From Burkholderiales bacterium (lineage in GTDB: Bacteria > Pseudomonadota > Gammaproteobacteria > Burkholderiales > JACQAP01): a stretch of DNA of 43,097 nucleotides. A program made the position numbers and the translations under genes. The notes under the pieces were generated by a model that saw nothing but the letters and a program-made list of their open reading frames with translations, made no database searches and was not told the DNA's origin. The stretch spans positions 1 through 43,097 of the forward strand of contig DASWEZ010000156.1 in the NCBI GenBank assembly GCA_036394495.1. The letters are read 5' to 3'. Positions 27,073 through 34,849 of this stretch are shown one piece after another; positions within the stretch are counted from its first letter, which is position 1, and each line of letters starts with the position of its first letter.

Positions 27073-27243
27073 AATTCATTTTTGCCGCCAAGACGCCAAG
27101 AACGCCAAGGGGGTCGGAAAAGAATGATTGAAATTACGAACGGTGGTTGGTAGTAAAAATGCTGCGTATATCGACCATATTGTCACCATATTTTTTGCTT
27201 TTCTTGGCGCTCTTGGCGCCTTGGCGGCGAAATCTTCTTTAAA
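27073..27243. repeat. Palindromic intergenic element, copy C1
   Basis: Left arm 27084-27109 GCCGCCAAGACGCCAAGAACGCCAAG; right arm 27203-27228 CTTGGCGCTCTTGGCGCCTTGGCGGC; 24/26 paired. It starts 2 nt after the hyi stop. Confidence 0.85.
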
Positions 27244-27407
27244 AATTCATTTTTGCCGCCAAGACGCCAAGAGCGCCAAGGGGGTCGGAAAAGGATGATT
27301 GAAATTACGAACGGTGGTTGGTAGTAAAAATGTTGCGTGTATCGACCATATCGTCACCGTATTTTTTTGTTTTTCTTGGCGCTCTTGGCGCCTTGGCGGC
27401 GAAATCT
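27244..27407. repeat. Palindromic intergenic element, copy C2 (tandem duplicate of C1)
   Basis: Left arm 27255-27280, right arm 27375-27400; 25/26 paired. Offset from C1 is 171-172 bp, with about 8 substitutions and one 1-nt indel between the copies. Confidence 0.85.
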
Positions 27408-27430
27408 GAATTGATCCAAGGGGAGAAAAA

Positions 27431-28312
27431 ATGAACGTAGGATTTATCGGGCTGGGCATCATGGGGAAACCCATGGTCGCCAACCTCATCAAGGGTGGTC
27501 ATACGCTGTTCCTGGCGAGTCGCAGCGGCGTACCACAGGAACTGACCGCCGCGGGCGGGAAAGCGTGCGCATCGGCAAAGGAAGTCGCGCAGAAAGCCGA
27601 CATAATCATCACCATGGTGCCGGACACCCCTGACGTCGAGAAGGTGTTGTTCGGCAAGGACGGCGTCGCCGAAGGGTTGTCATCGGGCAAAATCGTCGTC
27701 GACATGAGTTCGATCTCGCCGATCGAGACCAAGGCCTTCGCCGGGCGCATCAAGAAGTCCGGCGCCGATTACGTGGATGCACCCGTCTCCGGCGGCGAAG
27801 TCGGCGCCAGGAACGCGGCACTCACCATCATGGTCGGCGCTTCCGAAGCGGCATTCGCCAAAGTGAAACCCTTGTTCGAGCTGATGGGCAAGAACATCAC
27901 GCTGGTCGGAGACGTCGGCGCCGGTCAGATATGCAAGGTTTGCAACCAGATCATCGTTGCGTTGAACATCGAAGCCGTCGGCGAAGCGCTGCTGCTTGCC
28001 TCCAAGGCCGGCGTCGATCCGGGCAAGGTGCGTACGGCCCTCATGGGGGGATTTGCCTCGTCGCGCGTGCTCGAAGTGCACGGTGAACGCATGGTCAAGC
28101 GCACTTTCGATCCCGGCTTCCGCATCGAGCTGCACCAGAAGGACCTGAACCTGGCCCTGTCCTCGGCGCGCGCGCTGAAGATGAGCCTGCCAAACACCGC
28201 GACCGCGCAGGAATTGTTCAGCGCCTGCCAGGCCCAGGGCGGCGGCAAGTGGGACCACTCCGCCATGGTCAAAGCCCTCGAAGCCCTCGCCAATCACCAG
28301 GTCGCCAAGTAA
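27431..28312 (+). CDS. glxR: 2-hydroxy-3-oxopropionate (tartronate semialdehyde) reductase
   Basis: 293 aa. GFIGLGIMG NAD motif and the 3-hydroxyisobutyrate-dehydrogenase-family core (DAPVSGG, GAGQICKVCNQ). Context is downstream of hyi. Confidence 0.85.
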   Translation: MNVGFIGLGIMGKPMVANLIKGGHTLFLASRSGVPQELTAAGGKACASAKEVAQKADIIITMVPDTPDVEKVLFGKDGVAEGLSSGKIVVDMSSISPIETKAFAGRIKKSGADYVDAPVSGGEVGARNAALTIMVGASEAAFAKVKPLFELMGKNITLVGDVGAGQICKVCNQIIVALNIEAVGEALLLASKAGVDPGKVRTALMGGFASSRVLEVHGERMVKRTFDPGFRIELHQKDLNLALSSARALKMSLPNTATAQELFSACQAQGGGKWDHSAMVKALEALANHQVAK

Positions 28313-28324
28313 AAAACTGCATTT

Positions 28325-28483
28325 GCCACAGAGGACACAGAGAACTGCAAAGACCAGAACCTACATGAACGTGAACGCCACAACTTTATCGGGTATCGAT
28401 TTTTCAGCTGCTGCGAACGGAACTTCTAACTCTCGAGCAATGATTCATATCCCGCCGTGGGTTTCCTCTGTGACCTCTGTGGC
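28325..28483. repeat. Palindromic intergenic element, copy D
   Basis: Left arm 28325-28342 GCCACAGAGGACACAGAG; right arm 28466-28483 CTCTGTGACCTCTGTGGC; 17/18 paired, with a single A-A mismatch at arm position 11. Confidence 0.8.
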
Positions 28484-28498
28484 TAAAAAGGTATTTTT

Positions 28499-29761
28499 AT
28501 GAATCGGGATCCGCGCGCATTGCTGCGCGCGATGTTCGACGCGGCGATCGCCGCTGCGCTGCCGGACAAGACCTTGCCTGCTTATCTGCCCAAGCCCCCG
28601 AAAGGCCGCACGCTGGTCATCGGTTGCGGCAAGGCCGCGGGAAGCATGGCAAAGGCGGTCGAGGATCACTGGCCCGGCGAACTCTCCGGCATGGTGGTAA
28701 CACGCTACGGCTATAACGTGCCGACCAAGAGAATCGAGGTCGTCGAAGCTGCGCACCCGGTGCCCGACGAGGCCGGGCGCAAAGCGGCGGAGCGCATGCT
28801 GAAAATGGTGCACGGATTGTCCGCCGAGGATCTGGTGCTCTTCCTGGTATCCGGCGGCGGTTCCGCACTGTTGTCGCTGCCGGCGCCAGGACTGACGCTC
28901 GCGGACAAACAGGCGATCAACAAAGCTCTGTTGAGAAGCGGTGCGAACATCACCGAAATGAACTGCGTGCGCAAACATCTCTCGGCCGTAAAAGGCGGGC
29001 GGCTGGCCGCCGCCTGCGCGCCGGCGAAGGTGGTTACGCTCGCGATTTCCGACATTCCCGGCGACGATCCCGCCGTGATCGCTTCCGGCCCGACGGTCGC
29101 CGATGCGACCACGTTCGCCGATGCGGTCGCGATCCTGGAGAAATACGGCATTGCCGAACCGAAGGCCGTCGTCGATCACTTGCGCGCCGCGAAAGAGGAA
29201 ACGCCGAAACCCGGCGATCCGCGGCTCGCGAAAACCGAATTGCACATGGTGGCGGCACCGCAGATTTCGCTCGAAGCCGCCGCGGCTATCGCGCGCGCGT
29301 CCGGCGTCACGCCGGTCATCCTCAGCGACGCAATCGAGGGGGAAGCACGCGAAGTCGCGATAGTGCACGCCGGCATCGCCCGCCAGGTCAAGCGCCACAG
29401 CCAACCCGCCGGGATGCCTTGCGTGCTGCTTTCCGGCGGGGAAACTACGGTTACGGTCCGTGGCAAGGGGCGCGGCGGCCGCAACGCCGAATTTCTGCTG
29501 GCGCTGGCCGTTGCCCTCGCCGGGGAGTCGGGTATTCATGCACTCGCCGGCGATACCGACGGCGTCGACGGCACCGAGGACAACGCCGGCGCGCTAATAA
29601 CGCCCGATTCGCTCACGCGCGCCGCTGCGTGCAATCTGGACGCCAAGAAGATGCTCGCCGATAATGACGGTTATAGTTTCTTCTCCGGCCTCGGCGATCT
29701 GGTCGTTACCGGCCCTACGCTCACCAACGTCAACGATTTCCGCGCGGTTCTGATCACCTGA
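28499..29761 (+). CDS. Glycerate 2-kinase (MOFRL / TtuD-type, often annotated hydroxypyruvate reductase)
   Basis: 420 aa. GCGKAAGSMA, LVSGGGSALL, SGGETTVTVRGKGRGGRN, DTDGVDG motifs of the DUF4147/MOFRL glycerate kinase family. Confidence 0.85.
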   Translation: MNRDPRALLRAMFDAAIAAALPDKTLPAYLPKPPKGRTLVIGCGKAAGSMAKAVEDHWPGELSGMVVTRYGYNVPTKRIEVVEAAHPVPDEAGRKAAERMLKMVHGLSAEDLVLFLVSGGGSALLSLPAPGLTLADKQAINKALLRSGANITEMNCVRKHLSAVKGGRLAAACAPAKVVTLAISDIPGDDPAVIASGPTVADATTFADAVAILEKYGIAEPKAVVDHLRAAKEETPKPGDPRLAKTELHMVAAPQISLEAAAAIARASGVTPVILSDAIEGEAREVAIVHAGIARQVKRHSQPAGMPCVLLSGGETTVTVRGKGRGGRNAEFLLALAVALAGESGIHALAGDTDGVDGTEDNAGALITPDSLTRAAACNLDAKKMLADNDGYSFFSGLGDLVVTGPTLTNVNDFRAVLIT

Positions 29762-29778
29762 CCGTTACCTGTCAAATC

Positions 29779-31278
29779 ATGGGAATGCCCGAACTGCTGT
29801 CGTCGGAAACCCTGCTGCCCGAGATAGCCCATGCGGACCTCGTCGCGCAGTTGACGGCCGCGCTGCCGCCGGCGTCGCTGCTTCATCAGCGCGAGGACCT
29901 GAAGCCCTTCGAATGCGATGGCATGACCGCCTATCAGCGTGTGCCGCTGTTGGTGGCGTTACCGGAAAATGAAGACCAGGTCCGCGCGGTGCTGCGCATC
30001 TGCCACAAGGGCCGCGTGCCGGTCGTATTCCGCGGCGCCGGAACGGGACTTTCCGGAGGCGCCCTGCCGTATGCACAAGGCCTGCTGCTGGTGATGGCGA
30101 AGATGAAGCAGATCCTGCACATTGATCCGGTCGCGCGCATGGCGCGCGTGCAGCCGGGTGTGCGCAACGCGGCTATCTCGGAAGCGACCGCACCCCATGG
30201 CCTCTACTACGCGCCCGACCCGTCCAGCCAAATCGCCTGTTCGATCGGCGGCAACGTCGCCGAAAATTCCGGCGGCGTGCATTGCCTGAAGTACGGCCTG
30301 ACGGTCCACAACATCCAGAAGCTGCGCTTCGTCACCATCGAAGGTGAATTGCTCGATATCGGCTCCGAAGGGCTGGATGCGCCGGGCTACGACCTGATGG
30401 CGTTGATCACCGGTTCCGAGGGCATGCTCGGCGTAGTGACTGAAATTACGGTCAAGCTGTTGCCCAAACCGGAAAAAGCCCAGGTCGTGCTCGCGGCTTT
30501 CGACGACATCGTAAAGGCGGGCCAGGCGGTGGCGGATGTGATCGGGGCGGGCATCATTCCGGCCGGACTGGAGATGATGGACAAGAAGGCCACCGCGGCC
30601 GTCGAACAGTTCGTGCACGCCGGCTACCCGCTGGATGCCGCGGCAATCCTGCTGTGCGAATCCGACGGCACCGCAGAGGAAGTCGCCGACGAAATCGCGC
30701 GCGTCAAGGAAGTCATGAAGAAGGCCGGCGCCACCGAGATCCGTACTTCACGCGACGAAACCGAGCGGCTCAAATTCTGGGCCGGACGCAAGGCTGCCTT
30801 CCCCGCGGTCGGGCGCATCATGCCGGATTACTACTGCATGGACGGCACCATTCCGAAGAAGCATCTGCCCTACGTGCTCAAGCGCATCGACGAACTGTCG
30901 GCAAAATTCAATCTGCAATGCGCCAACGTGTTCCATGCCGGCGACGGTAATCTGCATCCGTTGATCATGTTCGATGCCAACGAGGGCGACCAGAATGAAC
31001 GGGCGGAGGCTTATGGCGCGGCGATCCTGGAACTCTGCGTCGAGGTCGGCGGCACCATCACGGGCGAGCACGGCGTCGGCATCGAAAAAATAAATCAGAT
31101 GTGTGTGCAGTTCAATACCAACGAGCTGAAAACCTTCCATGCAGTGAAAAAAGTGTTCGACGAATACGGCCTGCTGAATCCCGGCAAGGCCGTGCCGACG
31201 CTGCAACGCTGCGCCGAAGGCGGCAAGATGCACGTGCACCGCGGGCAGGAGAAATTTCCCGAGCTGCCGCGTTTTTAG
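29779..31278 (+). CDS. glcD: Glycolate oxidase FAD-binding subunit GlcD
   Basis: 499 aa. FAD-binding PCMH domain (RGAGTGLSGGALP); C-terminal ITGEHGVGIEK...LNPGK. Followed by glcE and glcF. Confidence 0.9.
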   Translation: MGMPELLSSETLLPEIAHADLVAQLTAALPPASLLHQREDLKPFECDGMTAYQRVPLLVALPENEDQVRAVLRICHKGRVPVVFRGAGTGLSGGALPYAQGLLLVMAKMKQILHIDPVARMARVQPGVRNAAISEATAPHGLYYAPDPSSQIACSIGGNVAENSGGVHCLKYGLTVHNIQKLRFVTIEGELLDIGSEGLDAPGYDLMALITGSEGMLGVVTEITVKLLPKPEKAQVVLAAFDDIVKAGQAVADVIGAGIIPAGLEMMDKKATAAVEQFVHAGYPLDAAAILLCESDGTAEEVADEIARVKEVMKKAGATEIRTSRDETERLKFWAGRKAAFPAVGRIMPDYYCMDGTIPKKHLPYVLKRIDELSAKFNLQCANVFHAGDGNLHPLIMFDANEGDQNERAEAYGAAILELCVEVGGTITGEHGVGIEKINQMCVQFNTNELKTFHAVKKVFDEYGLLNPGKAVPTLQRCAEGGKMHVHRGQEKFPELPRF

Positions 31279-31289
31279 TGCAATACCCT

Positions 31290-31485
31290 GAACCACGGAG
31301 GACACGGAGGACACGGAGGAAAAACAAAACAAGGAAAAGAAAATTTGAGTTTGGAACATGGCCTGTTTGTAAACCTGTACCTCCAATTTTCGCCGCCACG
31401 GATCATCAAGCAATGAAAGGCTTTTAACCCCGGCATTTCTATTGTACTTGCCTTTCCTCCGTGTCCTCCGTGTCCTCCGTGGTTC
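31290..31485. repeat. Palindromic intergenic element, copy E (perfect 33-bp arms)
   Basis: 31290-31322 GAACCACGGAGGACACGGAGGACACGGAGGAAA is the exact reverse complement of 31453-31485. 130-bp A/T-rich core. Confidence 0.9.
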
Positions 31486-31496
31486 ATTCTTTCCTG

Positions 31497-32549
31497 ATGC
31501 AGCAAGTCATAGAACAGTTTTCCGAAACGATCCGCAAGGCGGCCGCCGAGCAGGTGCAGCTGCGCATTCGCGGTAGCGGCAGCAAGGATTTCTACGGCCT
31601 GGTGCTGATGGGCGACGTGCTCGACACGCGATCCCTGACCGGCATCGTCGACTATGAGCCCACCGAACTGGTGATCACTGCACGCGCGGGCACGCCTTTG
31701 CGCGAAATCGACAAGGCACTGGCAGGCGGCGGCCAGATGCTGGCCTTCGAACCGCCCCACTTCGGCGCCGGGGCGACGCTCGGCGGCTGCATCGCCACGG
31801 GTTTTTCCGGACCGCGACGCGCAACTGCAGGCTCGGCACGGGATTTCGTGCTGGGCGTGCGGATCGTGAACGGCCTGGGAGAAGACCTGCGGTTCGGCGG
31901 GCAGGTCATGAAAAACGTCGCGGGCTACGACTTGTCGCGACTGCTGACCGGATCTTTCGGCACACTGGGACTCATCACCGAAGCATCGCTGAAAGTGCTG
32001 CCCGTGCCGGCGGAAGAACGTACGCTGCGTTTTGCTCTGGACGAGGCTGCGGCGATCGAGTCCATGAACAAATGGGCGGCCAGGCCAATGGCGCTATCCG
32101 CCACCTGCCATGTCGATGGCGCCCTGTACGTGCGATTGTCGGGTGCGGCTGCCGCAGTTGCGGCCTCACAAAAGAAACTCGGCGGGGATGTCGTCCAGGA
32201 TGGCGCTGCGTTCTGGCAGTCGATCAGGGAGCAGACGCATGAACTGTTGGCAGGCGCGCCCGCTCTTTGGCGTTTCTCGATTAAATCAACCACCGCGCCG
32301 CTCGGTCTGGGCAAGCAGATGATGGAATGGAACGGCAGCCTGCGCTGGATTGCCGCAGACCTCGATCCGTCGGCGGCATTCGAGACCGCGCACAAGGCCG
32401 GCGGACACGCTACCCTGTTCCGGGGTGGCAACAAGCGCCACGGCATCCAGCAATTCTCGTCGGGGCTGCTCGCCGTCCACAAGAAACTCAAGCGTGCGCT
32501 CGATCCCCACGGCATTCTCGGGCCCGGGCGCATCCATGCTGATTTCTAG
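31497..32549 (+). CDS. glcE: Glycolate oxidase subunit GlcE
   Basis: Frame of ORF 31461..32549, trimmed to the first ATG (31497, MQQVIEQFSETIRKAAAE...). The first 12 codons of the GTG-started ORF are encoded by the arm of element E. Collinear with E. coli GlcE (DYEPTELVITARAGTPL, RFGGQVMKNVAGYDLSRL, GGHATLFRGG). Confidence 0.85.
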   Translation: MQQVIEQFSETIRKAAAEQVQLRIRGSGSKDFYGLVLMGDVLDTRSLTGIVDYEPTELVITARAGTPLREIDKALAGGGQMLAFEPPHFGAGATLGGCIATGFSGPRRATAGSARDFVLGVRIVNGLGEDLRFGGQVMKNVAGYDLSRLLTGSFGTLGLITEASLKVLPVPAEERTLRFALDEAAAIESMNKWAARPMALSATCHVDGALYVRLSGAAAAVAASQKKLGGDVVQDGAAFWQSIREQTHELLAGAPALWRFSIKSTTAPLGLGKQMMEWNGSLRWIAADLDPSAAFETAHKAGGHATLFRGGNKRHGIQQFSSGLLAVHKKLKRALDPHGILGPGRIHADF

Positions 32550-32561
32550 ATCTAATTCTTC

Positions 32562-32737
32562 ACCGCAAAGGCGCAAAGACGCAAAGGGAACGCAAAGAAA
32601 ATCGGTGCCGAAGGAATGAACAAATCTCGCCAGCCCCAGATCGCACATAATTGCCCAAATGCATCGTCAAGTTTGCAATTCTCACATTTATGGTTGTTTT
32701 CCTTTGCGTTCCCTTTGCGCCTTTGCGCCTCTGCGGT
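32562..32737. repeat. Palindromic intergenic element, copy F
   Basis: Left arm 32562-32601 ACCGCAAAGGCGCAAAGACGCAAAGGGAACGCAAAGAAAA. Right arm 32697-32737 TTTTCCTTTGCGTTCCCTTTGCGCCTTTGCGCCTCTGCGGT. About 38 pairs, 2 mismatches, 1 bulge. Confidence 0.85.
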
Positions 32738-32768
32738 TAATTTTGGTTGTTTTGGTTGGTTGCCTTAG

Positions 32769-34028
32769 ATGAAAACGAATCTAGCCGAGTTCATCCGCAA
32801 CACGCCCGAGGGCCAGGAAGCCGACAGCATCCTGCGCGCCTGCGTCCATTGCGGCTTCTGCACGGCGACCTGTCCGACTTATCAGTTGCTGGGTGACGAA
32901 CTCGACAGCCCGCGTGGACGCATCTACCTGATGAAGGAAGTCCTCGAAGGCAATGCGGTCACGGCCAAGACGCAGATGCACCTCGACCGCTGCCTGACCT
33001 GCCGCGCCTGCGAAACCACCTGTCCTTCTGGGGTGCAGTACGGCCGGCTGGTGGACATCGGGCGCAACATCGTCGACCAGCACGTAAGCCGTCCCCTGCC
33101 GGAATCAATCGTGCGCAGTGTACTGCGCATCGTATTGCCGCGGCCGGTGTTGTTCAGGTCATTGCTGCGCATCGGACAGTTCGTGCGCCCGCTTCTGCCC
33201 GCTTCCCTAAGGAAGAAAATACCGAAAACCGGAACCAGCGACATCGAATGGCCGGCGCCCCGCCATACGCGCAGGATGCTGGTACTCGACGGCTGCGTGC
33301 AACCTTCGCTGGCACCCGACATCAATCCCGCGACCGCGCGCGTGCTGGATCGCCTCGGCATTTCGCTGATCAAGGCTGAAGCTGCGGGATGCTGCGGCGC
33401 CGTGACCTTCCATTTGAACCGGCAGGACGAAGCGCTCGACTACATGCGCAGGAACATCGACGCCTGGTGGCCGCATGTCGAGGCCGGCGTGGAGGCCGTG
33501 GTCATCACCGCGAGCGGTTGCGGCACCATGGTCAGGGAATACGGCCATCTTCTTGCCCGCGATCCGCAGTACGCGGCAAAAGCCGCAAGGATCAGCAAAC
33601 TGTCGAAAGACATCAGCGAAATAATCTTCGCCGAACGCGAAAAACTGGAACAGCTTTTTCCACTCAGCATGCAGCACACAGCACACAGCACTCCAGACGC
33701 CGCGCGAACGCGCGTCGCCTTTCATTCCCCCTGCTCCCTCCAGCACGGCCTGCAGATTCGCGGCACGGTGGAAGCCTTGCTGACCTTGGTCGGGTGCAAG
33801 TTGACGACGGTACCGGATTCGCATCTGTGCTGCGGATCGGCGGGCACATATTCGATACTTCAACCCGAACTGTCGCAGCGATTGCTGAACAACAAGATTG
33901 CCGCATTGGAGTCGGGCGCGCCGGCGATCGTCGCAACGGCGAATATCGGCTGCCTGAGCCATATTCAAAGCGGGACCGCCATCAAAGTGAAGCATTGGAT
34001 CAACGTACTGGACGAAAGGCTGTCATGA
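32769..34028 (+). CDS. glcF: Glycolate oxidase iron-sulfur subunit GlcF
   Basis: 419 aa. Two 4Fe-4S motifs (CVHCGFCTATCP, CLTCRACETTCP) and two CCG-type Cys-rich repeats. Confidence 0.9.
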   Translation: MKTNLAEFIRNTPEGQEADSILRACVHCGFCTATCPTYQLLGDELDSPRGRIYLMKEVLEGNAVTAKTQMHLDRCLTCRACETTCPSGVQYGRLVDIGRNIVDQHVSRPLPESIVRSVLRIVLPRPVLFRSLLRIGQFVRPLLPASLRKKIPKTGTSDIEWPAPRHTRRMLVLDGCVQPSLAPDINPATARVLDRLGISLIKAEAAGCCGAVTFHLNRQDEALDYMRRNIDAWWPHVEAGVEAVVITASGCGTMVREYGHLLARDPQYAAKAARISKLSKDISEIIFAEREKLEQLFPLSMQHTAHSTPDAARTRVAFHSPCSLQHGLQIRGTVEALLTLVGCKLTTVPDSHLCCGSAGTYSILQPELSQRLLNNKIAALESGAPAIVATANIGCLSHIQSGTAIKVKHWINVLDERLS

Positions 34029-34783
34029 ACAAAACTGCAATGATCACCGGCGCGACGTCGGGGTTCGGCGCCGCCGCCGTGCGCAAATTTGTCAAAGCGG
34101 GCTGGCGCGTCGTCGCGACGGGCCGCCGGGCCGACCGGCTCAAGAAACTGGCGGATGAATTCGGAACGGACAAGGTATTCGTTTCCGCGTTCGACATGAG
34201 GAAAGCCGACGCGATCGAAGCGGCGCTGGCGGGTTTGCCTGCAACGTTCCGGGACATCGACCTGCTGATCAACAATGCGGGCCTGGCCCTGGGAACCGCG
34301 CCGGCACAGAAAGCCAGTCTCGATCAATGGAACCAGATGATCGAAACGAACGTGATCGGCCTGGTCACGATCACGCACAAGCTGCTGGATACCCTGATTG
34401 CGCGAAAAGGTGCGATCATCAACATCAGTTCGGTGGCGGCGAGCTACCCTTATCCGGGCGGCAACGTGTACGGCGGGTCCAAGGCCTTCGTCTCGCAGTT
34501 CTCGCTTGGCCTGCGCTCGGACCTGCACGGAACGGGGGTGCGCGTGACCGCGGTGGAACCGGGGATGGCGGAGACCGAGTTCACCCTGGTACGCACCAGC
34601 GGAAACCAGGATGCGTCGGACAAGCTCTACAAAGGCGCCGATCCGATGACGGCGGAGAACGTCGCCGACGCGCTGTTCTGGATCGCCACCCTGCCACCGC
34701 ACATGAACATCAACCGCATCGAGTTGATGCCGGTCAACCAGTCGTTCGGGCCGTTCCAGGTTCATCGGGACGCAGCTACATAA
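34025..34783 (+). CDS. NADP-dependent 3-hydroxy acid dehydrogenase-like SDR (YdfG-like)
   Basis: 252 aa beginning MNKTAMITGATSGFG. NNAG; S..YGGSK catalytic motif. ATG 34025 overlaps the glcF stop (ATGA). Confidence 0.85.
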   Translation: MNKTAMITGATSGFGAAAVRKFVKAGWRVVATGRRADRLKKLADEFGTDKVFVSAFDMRKADAIEAALAGLPATFRDIDLLINNAGLALGTAPAQKASLDQWNQMIETNVIGLVTITHKLLDTLIARKGAIINISSVAASYPYPGGNVYGGSKAFVSQFSLGLRSDLHGTGVRVTAVEPGMAETEFTLVRTSGNQDASDKLYKGADPMTAENVADALFWIATLPPHMNINRIELMPVNQSFGPFQVHRDAAT

Positions 34784-34803
34784 GCCGTCGCATGCAGAAA
34801 AAG

Positions 34804-34830
34804 AAAAGGCCGGCCCAAGGCCGGCCTTTT
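34804..34830. terminator. Bidirectional rho-independent terminator
   Basis: AAAAGGCCGGCC (34804-34815), loop CAA, GGCCGGCCTTTT (34819-34830). Perfect stem with A/T runs on both sides, between convergent genes. Confidence 0.7.
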
Positions 34831-34849
34831 CATCTGGATGCCGATTCAC

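Noticed and set aside
27128-27156. Sigma-70-like promoter inside the element C core (TTGAAA, 17-nt spacer, TAGTAA), repeated in C2 and pointing at glxR
   Set aside because: The -10 hexamer lacks the invariant final T and matches only 3/6. No comparable motif occurs in the cores of A, B, D, E or F. It cannot be supported from sequence alone.
31461-31496. GTG start making GlcE begin MSSVSSVVHSFL
   Set aside because: These codons are the right arm of hairpin element E (CCTCCGTG repeats). The E. coli GlcE alignment begins at the ATG at 31497.
1086-32696. Hidden four-helix-bundle (23S rRNA IVS protein) or toxin-like ORFs inside the element cores
   Set aside because: The cores are only 100-130 bp. 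All frames are broken by stops or give peptides shorter than about 35 aa with no recognisable motif.
1061-32737. CRISPR array as an explanation of the short tandem repeats
   Set aside because: The units are 8-9 nt and directly abutting, with no spacers. They occur as inverted pairs around a core, and no cas genes are present.
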